Shown here: positions 51,794 to 63,868 of the stretch, piece after piece
Position numbering within the stretch: position 1 is the stretch's first letter
Layout of the letters: every line of letters starts with the position of its first letter
NCBI GenBank assembly: GCA_963803805.1
Contig: CAWDOD010000002.1
Coordinates: 1,216,001-1,280,000, forward strand
DNA from: an uncultured cyanobacterium
GTDB lineage: Bacteria; Cyanobacteriota; Cyanobacteriia; Cyanobacteriales; CAWCAG01
Direction of reading: 5' to 3'
Length of the DNA: 64,000 nt
Notes under the pieces: model-generated
What the model saw: the letters and a program-made list of their open reading frames with translations, nothing else
The model's database searches: none
Told to the model about the DNA's origin: nothing
Position numbers and translations under genes: made by a program

Positions 51794-54229
51794 ATGGTAG
51801 CCCGCAGACAAGCGGCTCCCCCAACTCCTTGGTCGGAAGACTTAGCAGAGCCGCAAGTTGATAAAACAGCTTATGTCCATTCTTTCTCCAGGGTAATTGG
51901 AGATGTTCACATTGGCTCAAAGGTGATGATAGCCCCAGGAACATCTATCCGCGCTGATGAAGGGACTCCGTTTCACATTGGTGATAGTACTAACATCCAA
52001 GATGGAGTAGTAATTCACGGTTTAGAAAAGGGTCGAGTCACTGGAGATGATGGTAGGGAATATTCGGTTTGGGTCGGTGATGATACTTGCATAACCCACA
52101 TGGTTTTGATTCACGGACCAGCCTATGTGGGAAACGAGTGCTTCATCGGTTTTCGCTCTACTGTCTTTAACGCCAAGGTGGGTAATGGCTGTATCATTAT
52201 GATGCACGTCCTGATTCAAGATGTAGAAATTCCCCCTGGCAAGTATATTCCCTCCGGGACTGTAATTACTAACCAGCAACAAGCAGATCGCCTTCCTGAT
52301 GTGACAGAAGCAGACAAAGAATTTGCTCATCATGTGGTGGAAGTTAATGAGGCTTTGGGTGCTGGCTATCTTTGTGCAGAAAATGAACGTTGTCTACTTT
52401 CCCTAGATAAGAAAATGGGTACATATAATACATATAAAAGTAAAAGCGCTGGAGTTTCCAGCCAAACAGATTTAGATACAGAAACTTTAGAGCAAGTACG
52501 TTCTCTGTTAGCTCAGGGATATAAAATTGGCATAGAACACGCTAACAAGCGTCGCTTTAAAACTGGCTCTTGGCTCAGCGCACCTTCACTTGAAGGACGA
52601 CATACAGACCAAGTAATAGCAGAATTAGAAGCAGCTTTAAATGAGTATTCAGGGGAATATGTACGCTTAATTGGCATTGACCCCGAACATAAGCGGCGGA
52701 TTACAGAAACAGTCGTACAACGCCCTGATGGCAAGTCAAATCATAATGGCTCACAGAGCAAAAAATCATCTACTAGTTATCGTAATTACACTACTTCAAG
52801 AAGTAGCCACAATAACGGCTCTAATAATGGCTACCAGGCAAACAATGGTAACGGTGGCTTAAACCCGGATATTACTGAACAAATCAACTCTTTTTTAAGC
52901 CAAGGCTACAAAATAAGTTTAGAACACGCTAATAAGCGGCGTTTTAAAACCAGCTCCTGGCTTACTGGCTCTTCAATTAAAGGTACAAGGGCAAAAGAAG
53001 TCATTGCTGAGTTGGAAGCAGCTTTAGTAAACTACCCCCAAAAATATGTTCGTATTATTGTAGTTGATGCTAACGCTAAGCGCAGAATAGCTGAAATAGT
53101 CATTCAGCGTCCTGATGGCAAAGCAACTTCCACCCAAAGTTCTCACTCAAACTCAAGTTCTTCTAATTACCAAAGTTCAAGAAGGCAATCTTCTTCTTCT
53201 ATTAGTAGTAGCTTAGATTCAGAGATTGTTGAACAAGTTGAATCTCTACTGCAACAAGGCTACAAAATTAGTTTAGAACACGCTAATAAACGGCGTTTTA
53301 AGACTAGTTCCTGGTTGGGGGCGACTTCAGTTCGGGGGACAAGAGCCAAAGAAGTTATTGCCGAGTTAGAAGCAGCTTTGGTGAACTATCCTCAAGAATA
53401 TGTTCGTATCATTGCTGTGGATGCTAATGCCAAGCGCAGGATTGCCGAAATAGTTATTCAGCGTCCTGATGGCAAAGCAATTTCTACCCAAAGTTCTAGC
53501 TCAAATCCAAGCTCTTCTAATTACCAAAGTTCGAGAAGGCAATCTTCTTTTCCTTCTTCCTCTTCTGCTTCTATTAGGACTAGCTTAGAGCCAGATGTGG
53601 TTGAACAAGTTGCCTCCCTATTGCAACAAGGTTATAAAATCAGCTCAGAACACGCTAACAAACGGCGTTTCAAGACTAGTTCTTGGTTGAGTTGTGGTTT
53701 CCTCGAAGGTAACAGTGAACAAGAAGTTCTCTCAGAACTAGAATCGTGCTTAGTAGAGCATGAAGGGGAATATGTACGTATCATTGGCGTAGACTCCCAA
53801 GCTAAGCGCCGGGTAGCGGAAATAGTTGTGCAGCGTCCTGACGGTAAAGCAACTTCTAACGGCAGTAACAATCACGTTTCTAGCCGGACTAAAACTCATG
53901 TAGGCTCGCCTCCTCGGTATAACACCGTTAATTCTAAAACCGATTTCTCTAGCAGAAGCTTGGGCCCAGAAGTGGTTGAACAAGTACGCTCTCTCCTTGC
54001 TCAAAATTACACAATTGGCACAGAACACGCAGACAAGCGCCGCTTCAAAATTAATTCTTGGCGCAGTTGCTCCCCCATTGAGTCTCAGCGAGAAGCAGAG
54101 GTGCTTACGGCTTTGGAAGCTTGTTTAGCAGAACATCAAGGGGAATACGTTCGTTTACTGGGTATTAACCCTAAAGAGAAACGGAGGGTGCTGGAAGAGG
54201 TTATTCAACGGCCAAATGGGAAAAAGTAG
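51794..54229 (+). CDS. ccmM: Carboxysome scaffold CcmM: gamma-CA domain plus five RbcS-like modules
   Basis: [23 protein letters not shown]; five EHAxKRRFK..SW...QRP modules. Confidence 0.97.
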   Translation: MVARRQAAPPTPWSEDLAEPQVDKTAYVHSFSRVIGDVHIGSKVMIAPGTSIRADEGTPFHIGDSTNIQDGVVIHGLEKGRVTGDDGREYSVWVGDDTCITHMVLIHGPAYVGNECFIGFRSTVFNAKVGNGCIIMMHVLIQDVEIPPGKYIPSGTVITNQQQADRLPDVTEADKEFAHHVVEVNEALGAGYLCAENERCLLSLDKKMGTYNTYKSKSAGVSSQTDLDTETLEQVRSLLAQGYKIGIEHANKRRFKTGSWLSAPSLEGRHTDQVIAELEAALNEYSGEYVRLIGIDPEHKRRITETVVQRPDGKSNHNGSQSKKSSTSYRNYTTSRSSHNNGSNNGYQANNGNGGLNPDITEQINSFLSQGYKISLEHANKRRFKTSSWLTGSSIKGTRAKEVIAELEAALVNYPQKYVRIIVVDANAKRRIAEIVIQRPDGKATSTQSSHSNSSSSNYQSSRRQSSSSISSSLDSEIVEQVESLLQQGYKISLEHANKRRFKTSSWLGATSVRGTRAKEVIAELEAALVNYPQEYVRIIAVDANAKRRIAEIVIQRPDGKAISTQSSSSNPSSSNYQSSRRQSSFPSSSSASIRTSLEPDVVEQVASLLQQGYKISSEHANKRRFKTSSWLSCGFLEGNSEQEVLSELESCLVEHEGEYVRIIGVDSQAKRRVAEIVVQRPDGKATSNGSNNHVSSRTKTHVGSPPRYNTVNSKTDFSSRSLGPEVVEQVRSLLAQNYTIGTEHADKRRFKINSWRSCSPIESQREAEVLTALEACLAEHQGEYVRLLGINPKEKRRVLEEVIQRPNGKK

Positions 54230-54360
54230 GTAGACCCGTTAAAGGGTAAGGGGCAAAGGATAAAGGGAAAGGGGAAAGGTAATACTTCTTTTAGCTCCCT
54301 ATTACCCTAGCTCCCTAGCTCCTCAATCCCCCTACAGCCTGACTTGAGAGAATTAGTATC

Positions 54361-54990
54361 ATGTATTTGCGCCCTCTGCAACCAGTTGGTGATCTTCAAG
54401 TTCATCTGAGCGGTGACGTGACAGTTGATCCGAGTGCAATCCTGGCTCCAGGAGTCATTTTAAGAGCAGCAGCCAATAGCAAAATTGTTGTTAAGGCGGG
54501 AGTTTGTATTGGTTCGGGAACAGTTATTCATGCCTGTAAAGGGGTTATTGAAATAGGCTGTTCCGCTAGCTTGGGTGTAGGAGTTTTAATTGTCGGTGTA
54601 GGAAAGATTGGTGCTAATGCTTGTATAGGGGCAGCAACGACCATCTTTAATGCTTCTGTTAAAGAAATGCAAGTTATCCAAGCCGGTTCATTGCTAGGAG
54701 ATCCTTCGCGCCAAATCTCCCTTAATTCTGGGACACAAGCTACAAAAGAAGTTGAAAGTCCTTCAACAGCAAAAGAAGAAGATAGTTCTGGCACAGATGT
54801 GGTAGAAGAGAAGAAAGAATCTGATGCTGTCCCTGAACAAGAGCCTACATTAGGGGAGCAAAATGGTAAATCTGAGGTTAAACCGAAATCTCAGGCTTAT
54901 ATCTACGGACAAATGCAAGTTCAACAAATTTTAGGGACTATTTTACCCCATCGTCAATCTTTGAATAATGGCTCTGAAGATAGCCATTGA
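54361..54990 (+). CDS. ccmN: Carboxysome assembly protein CcmN
   Basis: Hexapeptide repeats; C-terminal encapsulation peptide IYGQMQVQQILGTILPHRQ. Confidence 0.92.
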   Translation: MYLRPLQPVGDLQVHLSGDVTVDPSAILAPGVILRAAANSKIVVKAGVCIGSGTVIHACKGVIEIGCSASLGVGVLIVGVGKIGANACIGAATTIFNASVKEMQVIQAGSLLGDPSRQISLNSGTQATKEVESPSTAKEEDSSGTDVVEEKKESDAVPEQEPTLGEQNGKSEVKPKSQAYIYGQMQVQQILGTILPHRQSLNNGSEDSH

Positions 54991-55603
54991 AGGAAAGAGT
55001 ATTTATCTCAATCGGGTTAATACAATAGTTGGCTCTTTGAGTAAAGATTAGAAGGAAATTTTTGCCGAGTATTTTAAGAAATTACTTTATTTTCTACTTT
55101 TAATTAAGCAAAATAACATTAGTTTGTGGTTAGCCATGTTTTGAGTAGTTTATGGCGATAAGTTGTACTATGAAAAAAAACTATCGTAGCAAAGCTTCTT
55201 CTAAATAAGCTTACAGGCACTGACTTCTAGCAACCTTGGTTTCAAATTTAGTAGCACTCAATTTGTTGCTATTGCAGCATAGTGATGGAGTTTAAACAAT
55301 CAAAGTTAACAATAGTTAATAGTTTTTTATGGCAGTTTACTTATCATGAATTAAATTAGTGTAGTCTACAAAAAAGTGTAATGAACAAAGGAGAAAATAA
55401 ATAGTTGTTGCTTAACAAAAAAACTTGGATTTATGTTAAGATAACCTCTTAAATATGAGAAAAGTAGTCAACAATAACTGGCTATCAATTTCCCACTTTA
55501 TGGTGTGCAAACTATTTTTCTAGATACTAGAAATTAAATCAGTAAGCATTCCGACAATCTCTTAGTAAAAAATCTGCCTCCGAAACGATAGAGGAATTAG
55601 CAA

Positions 55604-57022
55604 ATGGCACGAACAAAATCATCCGCTGGCTTTGAAGCTGGTGTAAAGGACTATCGTCTAACTTATTACACCCCTGATTACACACCTAAAGATACTGATC
55701 TTTTAGCTGCTTTCCGCATGACTCCCCAACCAGGAGTCCCCGCAGAAGAAGCTGCTGCTGCTGTAGCTGCTGAATCTTCCACAGGTACATGGACAACAGT
55801 TTGGACTGACGGACTAACAGACCTAGACCGCTACAAAGGTCGTTGCTACGATATTGAAGCAGTCCCCGGAGAAGATAATCAATATTTCTGTTTTGTAGCT
55901 TATCCTTTGGATCTGTTTGAAGAAGGGTCTGTTACCAATATGCTGACCTCAATTGTCGGCAACGTATTTGGTTTTAAAGCATTACGAGGATTGCGTTTAG
56001 AAGATTTAAGAATCCCCGTAGCTTACATGAAAACCTTCCAAGGTCCTCCCCACGGTATTGTGGTTGAGCGGGATAAGTTAAATAAATATGGTCGCCCCTT
56101 ATTAGGTTGTACTATTAAGCCTAAATTGGGTCTATCAGCAAAAAACTATGGTAGAGCTGTATATGAATGTCTGCGGGGTGGTTTAGACTTCACCAAAGAC
56201 GACGAAAATATTAACTCTCAGCCTTTCATGCGTTGGCGCGATCGCTTCTTATTCGTTCAAGAAGCTATTGAAAAAGCTCAAGCAGAAACCAACGAAGTTA
56301 AAGGTCATTACCTCAATGTTACTGCTCCTACTGTAGAGCAAATGATGCAACGGGCTGAGTTTGCCAAAGAAATTGGCACTCCCATCATCATGCACGACTA
56401 CCTCACCGGTGGTTTTACAGCTAACACCACCTTAGCCCGTTGGTGTCGCGAGAACGGTTTACTTTTACACATTCACCGTGCTATGCACGCGGTAATTGAT
56501 CGTCAACGTAACCACGGTATTCACTTCCGCGTTTTAGCTAAGTGCTTACGGATGTCTGGTGGTGATCACCTCCACTCTGGAACCGTTGTTGGTAAGCTAG
56601 AGGGTGAGCGGGGCATCACCATGGGTTTTGTTGACCTAATGCGGGAAGACTATGTAGAAGAAGATCGTGAGCGCGGTATCTTTTTCACTCAAGACTATGC
56701 TTCCATGCCTGGAGTCATGCCTGTAGCTTCCGGTGGTATCCACGTTTGGCATATGCCAGCCTTAGTAGAAATCTTCGGCGACGACTCTTGCTTACAGTTT
56801 GGTGGTGGTACATTAGGACACCCTTGGGGTAATGCTCCTGGTGCAACAGCTAACCGTGTTGCCTTAGAAGCTTGTATCCAAGCCCGTAACGAAGGTCGTA
56901 GTTTAGCCAGGGAAGGCAATGATGTCATCCGCGAAGCTACTCGCTGGAGTCCTGAGTTGAAAGTTGCTTGTGAACTTTGGAAAGAAATCAAGTTCGAGTT
57001 CGAGGCAATAGATACTCTGTAA
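55604..57022 (+). CDS. rbcL: Rubisco large subunit (form IB)
   Basis: [35 protein letters not shown]. Confidence 0.99.
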   Translation: MARTKSSAGFEAGVKDYRLTYYTPDYTPKDTDLLAAFRMTPQPGVPAEEAAAAVAAESSTGTWTTVWTDGLTDLDRYKGRCYDIEAVPGEDNQYFCFVAYPLDLFEEGSVTNMLTSIVGNVFGFKALRGLRLEDLRIPVAYMKTFQGPPHGIVVERDKLNKYGRPLLGCTIKPKLGLSAKNYGRAVYECLRGGLDFTKDDENINSQPFMRWRDRFLFVQEAIEKAQAETNEVKGHYLNVTAPTVEQMMQRAEFAKEIGTPIIMHDYLTGGFTANTTLARWCRENGLLLHIHRAMHAVIDRQRNHGIHFRVLAKCLRMSGGDHLHSGTVVGKLEGERGITMGFVDLMREDYVEEDRERGIFFTQDYASMPGVMPVASGGIHVWHMPALVEIFGDDSCLQFGGGTLGHPWGNAPGATANRVALEACIQARNEGRSLAREGNDVIREATRWSPELKVACELWKEIKFEFEAIDTL

Positions 57023-57108
57023 CAGTTTGTTAGTGGTTAGTTGTTATAAATTGGTGAACATCAAACAACTAACCACCACAAAAACCCTCATTGGGATGGG
57101 TAAGTGTA

Positions 57109-57492
57109 ATGTATCCAAAAAAAGTTGCCCAAGAGACAACTAAAGCAATTCAAAACTACTTGACCTTTCAAGCGGTAAAGACGATTGCGGAGCAGTTGTC
57201 AGAAACCAATCCACCTCAAGGGATCTGGCTGAGGCAATACTCTTCTGGCAAACTCCAAGATGGAGAGGCTTATTTAGAAGGTTTGATGTTAGAAAGGAAA
57301 GATTTAGTGCTGCGGATTATGATAGTTCGCCAAGAACTAGCAGAAGCAGTGGTAGATTTTTTGCCAGGAATGGTGCGTAATAGCATCCAAGAATCTAACT
57401 TAGAAAGGCGCAAGCAACTTTTGGAACGTTTAACCCAAACCTCTGAACAGGATACAGAAACGGAGTTGGATGCCAATGACTCCCCAGATTAA
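57109..57492 (+). CDS. rbcX: Rubisco assembly chaperone
   Basis: NYLTFQAV...QLSETNP, QDGEAYL; lies between rbcL and rbcS; ATG 57109. Confidence 0.95.
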   Translation: MYPKKVAQETTKAIQNYLTFQAVKTIAEQLSETNPPQGIWLRQYSSGKLQDGEAYLEGLMLERKDLVLRIMIVRQELAEAVVDFLPGMVRNSIQESNLERRKQLLERLTQTSEQDTETELDANDSPD

Positions 57493-57525
57493 CAAATTTA
57501 CTAATTTAAGCCAAAGGCAAAAAAG

Positions 57526-57861
57526 ATGAAAACATTACCAAAAGAGCGTCGTTACGAAACTCTTTCTTATTTACCTCCTTTAACTGATCAGCAAATTGCT
57601 CGACAAATTGAGTATATGTTGGATCAGGGTTTTATTCCTGCTATTGAATTTGAAGAAGATCCTGCACCTACAGATTACCATTGGACTTTGTGGAAGTTGC
57701 CTTTATTTCAAGTTAATAGCCCTCAAGATGTTCTCAATGAAATCAGAGAGTGCCGTCAGGAGTATCCTAATGTTTACATTCGGGTAGCTGGTTTTGACAA
57801 TATTAAGCAATGTCAAACTATTAGCTTTATTGTTCACAAACCTGGGACTAGCCGTTACTAA
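57526..57861 (+). CDS. rbcS: Rubisco small subunit
   Basis: [28 protein letters not shown]. Confidence 0.98.
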   Translation: MKTLPKERRYETLSYLPPLTDQQIARQIEYMLDQGFIPAIEFEEDPAPTDYHWTLWKLPLFQVNSPQDVLNEIRECRQEYPNVYIRVAGFDNIKQCQTISFIVHKPGTSRY

Positions 57862-57882
57862 GTTAGTTAGAGTTTGAATTTC

Positions 57883-57925
57883 AAAGATGATGCTGAGTTA
57901 TTAAATTCTCAGCATCATTTTTTTT
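57883..57925 (+). terminator. Intrinsic terminator after rbcS
   Basis: ATGATGCTGAG...CTCAGCATCAT followed by a T run. Confidence 0.85.
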
Positions 57926-58104
57926 GTGATCGCTATTGGGAAATTTCTTACAGGAAATTCTTGATACTCAGTTGATTAAACTTGGGCTTGTTAACCGAAT
58001 AACTTGAATAAAGTATTGCCATAACAACATCACATCCTGGGAAAGATAGTAGCAAAGAATAACCATTGTTATCCTGGGGGAAAGTTTGATGGGGGTGTTG
58101 AGTT

Positions 58105-60384
58105 ATGGCATCTGTTAGTAATCCTGATTATGAAGTAGGAAAATTAGCTTTAAATGAAAGGGATTATGCCACAGCGATCGCACATTTTCAGGGTATATGT
58201 GAAGTAGAGTTGGATGAAAACCTGATTACTCTGGCACAACAAGGATTAGTATTAGCCTATTGCGAAAGCGGTGAACCAGAAAAAGCGATCGCCCTATGTC
58301 ATGGTTTGACAGAAATTCGCGATCCGAAAATTAGTGCTTGGGCATCGCGAACTTTGGTAGATTTGAATAATCGCTTTTCCCAAGCTAAAGCTTCTAATTC
58401 CCCGGTTAAGCTGAAACCCCCCGAAGAAATCCCTAATCCTCAACTTCCGGTTAATGTAGCTTCTCCTTCCCAATACCGCCCCTCAATTTTCACCCCAGGT
58501 AGACAGTGGCGTAATGCTGAGGGGGCGGAAACTTGGAAACCCATGAAACGATTGAAAAGATATCGTTTGTGGGCAGTGGAACTTGTCTGTGGGGTAGCTT
58601 TTTTTGTGGTGTTGCGTTGGTTGGTCTACTTAGCCATGACAACTATTAATAATATTCTTAATTGGTTGCCTTTGGTTCGTCCTTTACAAATTTTATATCG
58701 CAACCCCACTAATTTTTTACTAATAGTTTTAGGTATTTTGGCCATAGCTGCCCCTTGGTTATTAGATTTCCTATTCAAAAAGTTCCATGGTTGGCAACCT
58801 TTCCCCGTTACTAAACTGGCAGCACAGTATCCTGAAGTTGCTAAGACTTTACAAAGATATTGTCGGAAGAAGAAAATTCCCATTCCCAAGTTAGCTATTT
58901 TACCGACGGATATTCCTTTAGCTTTAAGTTACGGTAACTTACCTCGTACAGCTAGAATTGTCGTTAGTCAAGGCTTATTAGATAAGTTAGAGGTAGAGGA
59001 AATTGAAGCGATTTATGGCCACGAATTAGGACATATTATTTATTGGGATTTCCTACCGATGTCTGTGGCGATGTTAGTTATGCAAGTTCCCTACATTCTT
59101 TATTGGCAAATTTCGCGATGGGGAGAAACAACTAAAGATAGGTCTAAATCTCCCCCATACTTCCCCATAATTAGAGGGATTGCAGCTATCTTAGCCGCGA
59201 TTTTTTATAGTATCTACTGGGTATTAAGATTGCCCCTTCTCTGGTTTTCCCGGCGGCGAGTTTATTATAGTGATCGCGCTGCAACGGAAATTACTGGCAA
59301 CCCCAACGCCCTTAGCCGTGGTTTGCTTAAAATAGCCATGGGTATGGCGGAAAGTATCGAAAAAAAAGGTTACACAACTTGGCTTTTAGAAGGCTTTGAC
59401 GTAATGATGCCTCTAGGTTATAAACAAGCTATTGGCGTAGGCAGCTTTCCGGATCATACTCCTTTGGAATTAGTCCTAGCTTGGGAATGCACCAACCCCT
59501 ATCGTCATTGGTTAGCCTTAACCAACTCCCATGCCCTTACTGGCGATCGCCTTTACCTTTTAGGACGTTACGCTTATTTCTGGAAACTACAACCAGAACT
59601 AGATTTACCTACCCTCACGCCCCCACCAAAAAACAATGTAGCCTTGTTGGAAAAAATTAAAAACAGTTATCGTGCTTTACCAATTCTGCAAAGTGCTATC
59701 ATTGCCGGTACAGTCTTCGGTCTTCTGTTCCGAGGTTTGCTTTGGGTTATTGGTAAAATTAGCGATTGGCTCAATATTACTCAGCTAATTTGGTTATACA
59801 ACGCTCAATTTTTCCTTGATGCTTGCATTCTCTTTGCCTTTAGTATTGTCACCATTCTTTTGGTTAACAATTACTTCCCGGATATACGCATTTCTCCCAC
59901 TCGCACTGAACCTCGTCTACAAGATTTAGTCAGCGATTCTCAAGCTTTACCTCCAGATAGTCAAGGAATAAAAATCAGTGGCAAACTTTTAGGCAGAGAA
60001 GGCATCAGTAACTGGTTAGTACAGGATTTAGTCTTGGCAACTTCCACTGGTTTAATAAAACTCCACTTCTTTTCTAAACTTGGCCCTTTGGGTAATTTGT
60101 TACCTTTAGATATTGCTCAACATCGTTCTGGGAAAGTGATTTTGCCTATGTTACATTTTAATGCTTGGCGATGTCTTGTCGTTAAACGTCCTTGCCAGTT
60201 AATTGAGCAAGATGTTACGATTACAGGCTGGTTTCGCCGGGGTAGCACGGCTTGGATTGATGTAGATACTATTGAAACTAAAGACGGGAAAATAATTCGT
60301 AGCGGTTATCCAGTTTGGGTGACTATTCTTTTAATTATTGCTGCCCTTTGGGGAGCTTATTTAATTTGGCAAGTAGGAATTTGA
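58105..60384 (+). CDS. M48-family (HtpX-like) membrane zinc metalloprotease with N-terminal TPR-like region
   Basis: IVVSQGLL, HELGH, SRRRVYYSDR.A...TGNPNAL, SH..TGDRL; several TM segments. Confidence 0.85.
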   Translation: MASVSNPDYEVGKLALNERDYATAIAHFQGICEVELDENLITLAQQGLVLAYCESGEPEKAIALCHGLTEIRDPKISAWASRTLVDLNNRFSQAKASNSPVKLKPPEEIPNPQLPVNVASPSQYRPSIFTPGRQWRNAEGAETWKPMKRLKRYRLWAVELVCGVAFFVVLRWLVYLAMTTINNILNWLPLVRPLQILYRNPTNFLLIVLGILAIAAPWLLDFLFKKFHGWQPFPVTKLAAQYPEVAKTLQRYCRKKKIPIPKLAILPTDIPLALSYGNLPRTARIVVSQGLLDKLEVEEIEAIYGHELGHIIYWDFLPMSVAMLVMQVPYILYWQISRWGETTKDRSKSPPYFPIIRGIAAILAAIFYSIYWVLRLPLLWFSRRRVYYSDRAATEITGNPNALSRGLLKIAMGMAESIEKKGYTTWLLEGFDVMMPLGYKQAIGVGSFPDHTPLELVLAWECTNPYRHWLALTNSHALTGDRLYLLGRYAYFWKLQPELDLPTLTPPPKNNVALLEKIKNSYRALPILQSAIIAGTVFGLLFRGLLWVIGKISDWLNITQLIWLYNAQFFLDACILFAFSIVTILLVNNYFPDIRISPTRTEPRLQDLVSDSQALPPDSQGIKISGKLLGREGISNWLVQDLVLATSTGLIKLHFFSKLGPLGNLLPLDIAQHRSGKVILPMLHFNAWRCLVVKRPCQLIEQDVTITGWFRRGSTAWIDVDTIETKDGKIIRSGYPVWVTILLIIAALWGAYLIWQVGI

Positions 60385-60387
60385 TTT

Positions 60388-61839
60388 CTAATCACAACCA
60401 CAGTTGTCGCAATGTCCACACTGCCATTTTGGTGTTTCTTGAGGGCAACCAAAAGCATCAAGAAGAAACTGCCAACGGCAAGTTTTTATCTTAAGATAGT
60501 CAATCATTTGCTTTTGGTAGCTTTTTTGTCTAGCTTTAAGTTGAGAAAAAGAACCAGAGGATTTATTTTTTGTTAGCTGATAATGAAAAGGATTTTGCCA
60601 TTGTAAATGCCCCGTACTACGGAGAATAGCTAAAGCAATCCCTGCATCAGGAAATTCTTTAGTAATAGTTTCTATTTCTCCTTGGGAAGGTAGTTGCTTA
60701 GCTAAATTGTGCGCTTGTTGATACTTTTTTTGTAAACTTTCACTAAAAAAACGGTTGCGTTGTTTATCCTCTGGATTCAAAAATCCTGTTGGTTCACTAA
60801 CTAAAGTAAGGGCAATGGCAGATTTACCATCTCTTCCTGCCCTGCCTACTTCTTGAATATACTCAGAGAGAAGTTGGGGGGCTTGGAAATGAACAACCCA
60901 ACGTACATTAGATTTATTGATGCCCATGCCGAAAGCAGAGGTACAAACCGTGAATTGAGTTTGCCCTGCTAACCAACTCCCTTCAATTTGCCTCCTTTGC
61001 TGGGCATTTAAACCAGCGTGATAAGCTGCGGTTTTGTAACCTAAAGATTTTAACCACTGTGCTAATTCTTGACTCTCACGACGGGAACGAACATAAACTA
61101 GTCCTGTCTGTCTACCCTGGCTACGGATAAATTTCAGGAGTTGGGCTTTTCTGCCTTTAGGTGTCCAAACTATTTTTACCCGCAAATTGAGATTAGAACG
61201 ATAGGGACTGTGGAGGAAAAGTGCAGGGTTTTGAAGTTGTAGACTATTGGTAATAATTTGTTGGGCTTGAGGATCTGCTGTGGCGGTAAAAGCGGCGATC
61301 GCAATTTTAGTGCCGGGAGGTTTTATTTTTAACAACGCAGGGCGTACAGTCCCCAAACGGCGATAAGTTGGCCTAAAAGTGTCTCCCCACTGTACTAAAC
61401 AATGTGCCTCATCAAGAATTAAACCATTGATTGCTAAGTGAGGGCGAGACAAAATTTCCCAAACAGGTTTACTCAAAAGTGTCTCTGGCGAAAGATAGAG
61501 TAACCGGAGTTGTTGTTTAACCAAAGCTTGCAATACACTACGCTTTTGGGAAGTGGGTAGCTGAGAGTGTAAAAGGGCAGCCGGTAAACGGCGATCGCGT
61601 AACTCCTTAACCTGATTTTCCATCAAAGCTACTAAAGGGGAAATAACTAAAGTTAAACCCGTTTGTAGCAAGGCTGGAAGTTGAAAACAAACTGATTTAC
61701 CTCCACCCGTTGGTAAAACAATTAAAGCGTCCTTAGTTTGTAAAAGATTACGAACAATTTCCCCTTGGGGTGGCCGGAAATCATCATAGCCCCAAATTTT
61801 TTGAAAAGTAGTCCGAACTTGATTTAAATCTTTTTGCAA
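60388..61839 (-). CDS. recQ: RecQ-family ATP-dependent DNA helicase
   Basis: PTGGGKS, DEAH, TATA, AFGMGI, QEVGRAGRDG, C-terminal CGHCDNC. Confidence 0.92.
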   Translation of the reverse strand: MQKDLNQVRTTFQKIWGYDDFRPPQGEIVRNLLQTKDALIVLPTGGGKSVCFQLPALLQTGLTLVISPLVALMENQVKELRDRRLPAALLHSQLPTSQKRSVLQALVKQQLRLLYLSPETLLSKPVWEILSRPHLAINGLILDEAHCLVQWGDTFRPTYRRLGTVRPALLKIKPPGTKIAIAAFTATADPQAQQIITNSLQLQNPALFLHSPYRSNLNLRVKIVWTPKGRKAQLLKFIRSQGRQTGLVYVRSRRESQELAQWLKSLGYKTAAYHAGLNAQQRRQIEGSWLAGQTQFTVCTSAFGMGINKSNVRWVVHFQAPQLLSEYIQEVGRAGRDGKSAIALTLVSEPTGFLNPEDKQRNRFFSESLQKKYQQAHNLAKQLPSQGEIETITKEFPDAGIALAILRSTGHLQWQNPFHYQLTKNKSSGSFSQLKARQKSYQKQMIDYLKIKTCRWQFLLDAFGCPQETPKWQCGHCDNCGCD

Positions 61840-61982
61840 ATAGCTGTTCCTTGTTTATTTGACACTCAGGAAAAGATCAAATGCAGTTTTTATAGCCTGA
61901 TCAAGGAGGAAGCGATCACCTTCCCCCCTATTATCTATTCTTAGAGTAGTTAAACTATTGCCTACTGCCTACTCCGTTTTTC

Positions 61983-63868
61983 CTACAACTGAGGTACATA
62001 CTGTTCCTTTTCCGGTACATCAGTATACTCAGCAACAATTTGCCGAAACTCTTCGCCGTCAATTGTTTCTTTTTCGATCAACAAATCTACCAAGCGATCC
62101 ATCACTTCGCGATTCTCTCTCACTATTTTCCTAGCTAAGTTATGACCATGTTCAGCAAGGATGCGAATTTGGTCGTCAATTTTTGCCGCAACTACTTCAG
62201 AATATTCGGCACGGTTCATAAAACTTCCCCCCAGGAAAACTTCTCCTTGTTGTCCTTCTAGGGAAAGGGGGCTAAATCACTCATACCAAAACGAGTTACC
62301 ATTTGCCTAGCCATGCCAGTAACTTGTTGTAAGTCACCCCCAGCACCAGTTGTTACTTCTGCATCGCCAAATATCTCTTCCTCAGCGGCTCTTCCACCCA
62401 TGGCCCCCGCAATACGAGCCATCAACTGCGCTCTAGTTGTTAAACCTTGTTCTTCATTGGGGGTAAACCAAGTTAAACCTTGAGCCTGTCCTCTAGGAAT
62501 TAAGGTAACTTTTTGTACAGGATCATGGTCTTTAAGCAAAGTTCCTACCATAGCATGACCAACTTCATGGTAAGCAATTAAACGCTTGCTCTTACTATCT
62601 ACTAAAGGAGTACCTTCCATCCCGGCAACTACACGATCCACCGCATCATCAATCTCTTGCATGGTGATGGCTTCTTTACGGCGACGGGCAGTTAAAATAG
62701 CAGCCTCGTTGAGTAAGTTAGCTAAATCAGCCCCAGTAAAACCAGGAGTGCGCCGTGCGATGGTTTCTAAGGAAATTTCCTCTGCCAGCTTTTTATTGCG
62801 GGCATGAACGTCTAGCACTCCTATACGTCCTTTTAAGTCGGGGGCATCAACAATTACCTGGCGATCAAAACGTCCGGGACGCAATAAAGCAGAGTCTAGA
62901 ACATCAGGACGGTTAGTAGCAGCAATAATAATGATTCCTGTGTTGCCTTCAAAACCATCCATTTCTGTTAATAATTGGTTGAGGGTTTGTTCCCGTTCAT
63001 CATTTCCTCCCCCAATACCTGCACCACGCTGGCGACCGACAGCATCAATTTCATCAATGAAAATGAGACAAGGGGCATTTTCTTTCGCTTTTTTAAACAA
63101 ATCCCGAACGCGAGAAGCACCAACACCGACAAACATCTCGACAAATTCCGAACCAGAAATACTAAAGAAAGGTACTCCAGCTTCTCCGGCGATCGCTTTG
63201 GCAAGTAAAGTTTTACCTGTTCCTGGAGGCCCTACTAATAATACGCCTTTGGGAATACGAGCGCCTACTGCGGTGAAACGTTCCGGTTGCTTAAGGAAGG
63301 TAACTACTTCCTGTAATTCTTCTTTGGCTTCGTCAATACCAGCCACATCATCAAATAAGACCCCGGTTTGGGCTTCCATTTGGAAACGAGCGCGAGACTT
63401 GCCAAAATTCATTGCTTGTCCGGGACCTCCTGGTATATTGCTGGAGCGTCGGAAGAGGAAAAACAGAGCCACAATTAGTAAAATGGGGAAAATTAAATTG
63501 CCCAAAAAGCCCCATAAAGCCCCTTCATTACCGGCAGGATGAGCATCTAAAGCAACATTAGCATCCCTAAGCTTGGTAATTAATTCTGGAGCAGTAGCGG
63601 GTAAATCTACTCGCAGTCTTTGGACTCGATTATCTAATTCTGGGTCTACCGCTTGAACAATTGCTGTGCGACCTCCTTCAAATAAGTCAACACGATTAAC
63701 TCTGCCTGCATCTAAATACTCCAAAAACCGACTATAGGTCATGCGAGTGCTAGCAGTGTTGTTAGTCATGTTAGTTGTGGCTGAAGCAAATGTCCCTTGC
63801 CAAAAGAAAAAGCCGATGACTAAAGCTGGTAACGTCCAAAGTAGTACAATTCTCCAGGAAAATTTCAT
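61983..63868 (-). CDS. ftsH: ATP-dependent zinc metalloprotease FtsH (FtsH2-like), one-base deletion near 62271
   Basis: [18 protein letters not shown]; adding one G restores [30 protein letters not shown] and joins 62258-63868 to 61983-62219. Confidence 0.95.

Larger units (their letters stand above)
762..63195. repeat. Dispersed HIP1 octamer GCGATCGC
   Basis: More than 20 copies seen by eye (e.g. 762, 1842, 3740, 4262, 6154, 10622); fewer than one expected by chance in DNA this AT-rich. Confidence 0.92.

Noticed and set aside
62931-63542. 203-aa plus-strand ORF and similar antisense ORFs (e.g. 46610-46954, 56695-56991, 32949-33281, 18632-18949)
   Set aside because: Shadow ORFs opposite well-supported genes, with no motifs of their own
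61983-63868. ftsH as a pseudogene or two genes
   Set aside because: One added G restores a highly conserved full-length protein with no other lesions; most likely a sequencing error
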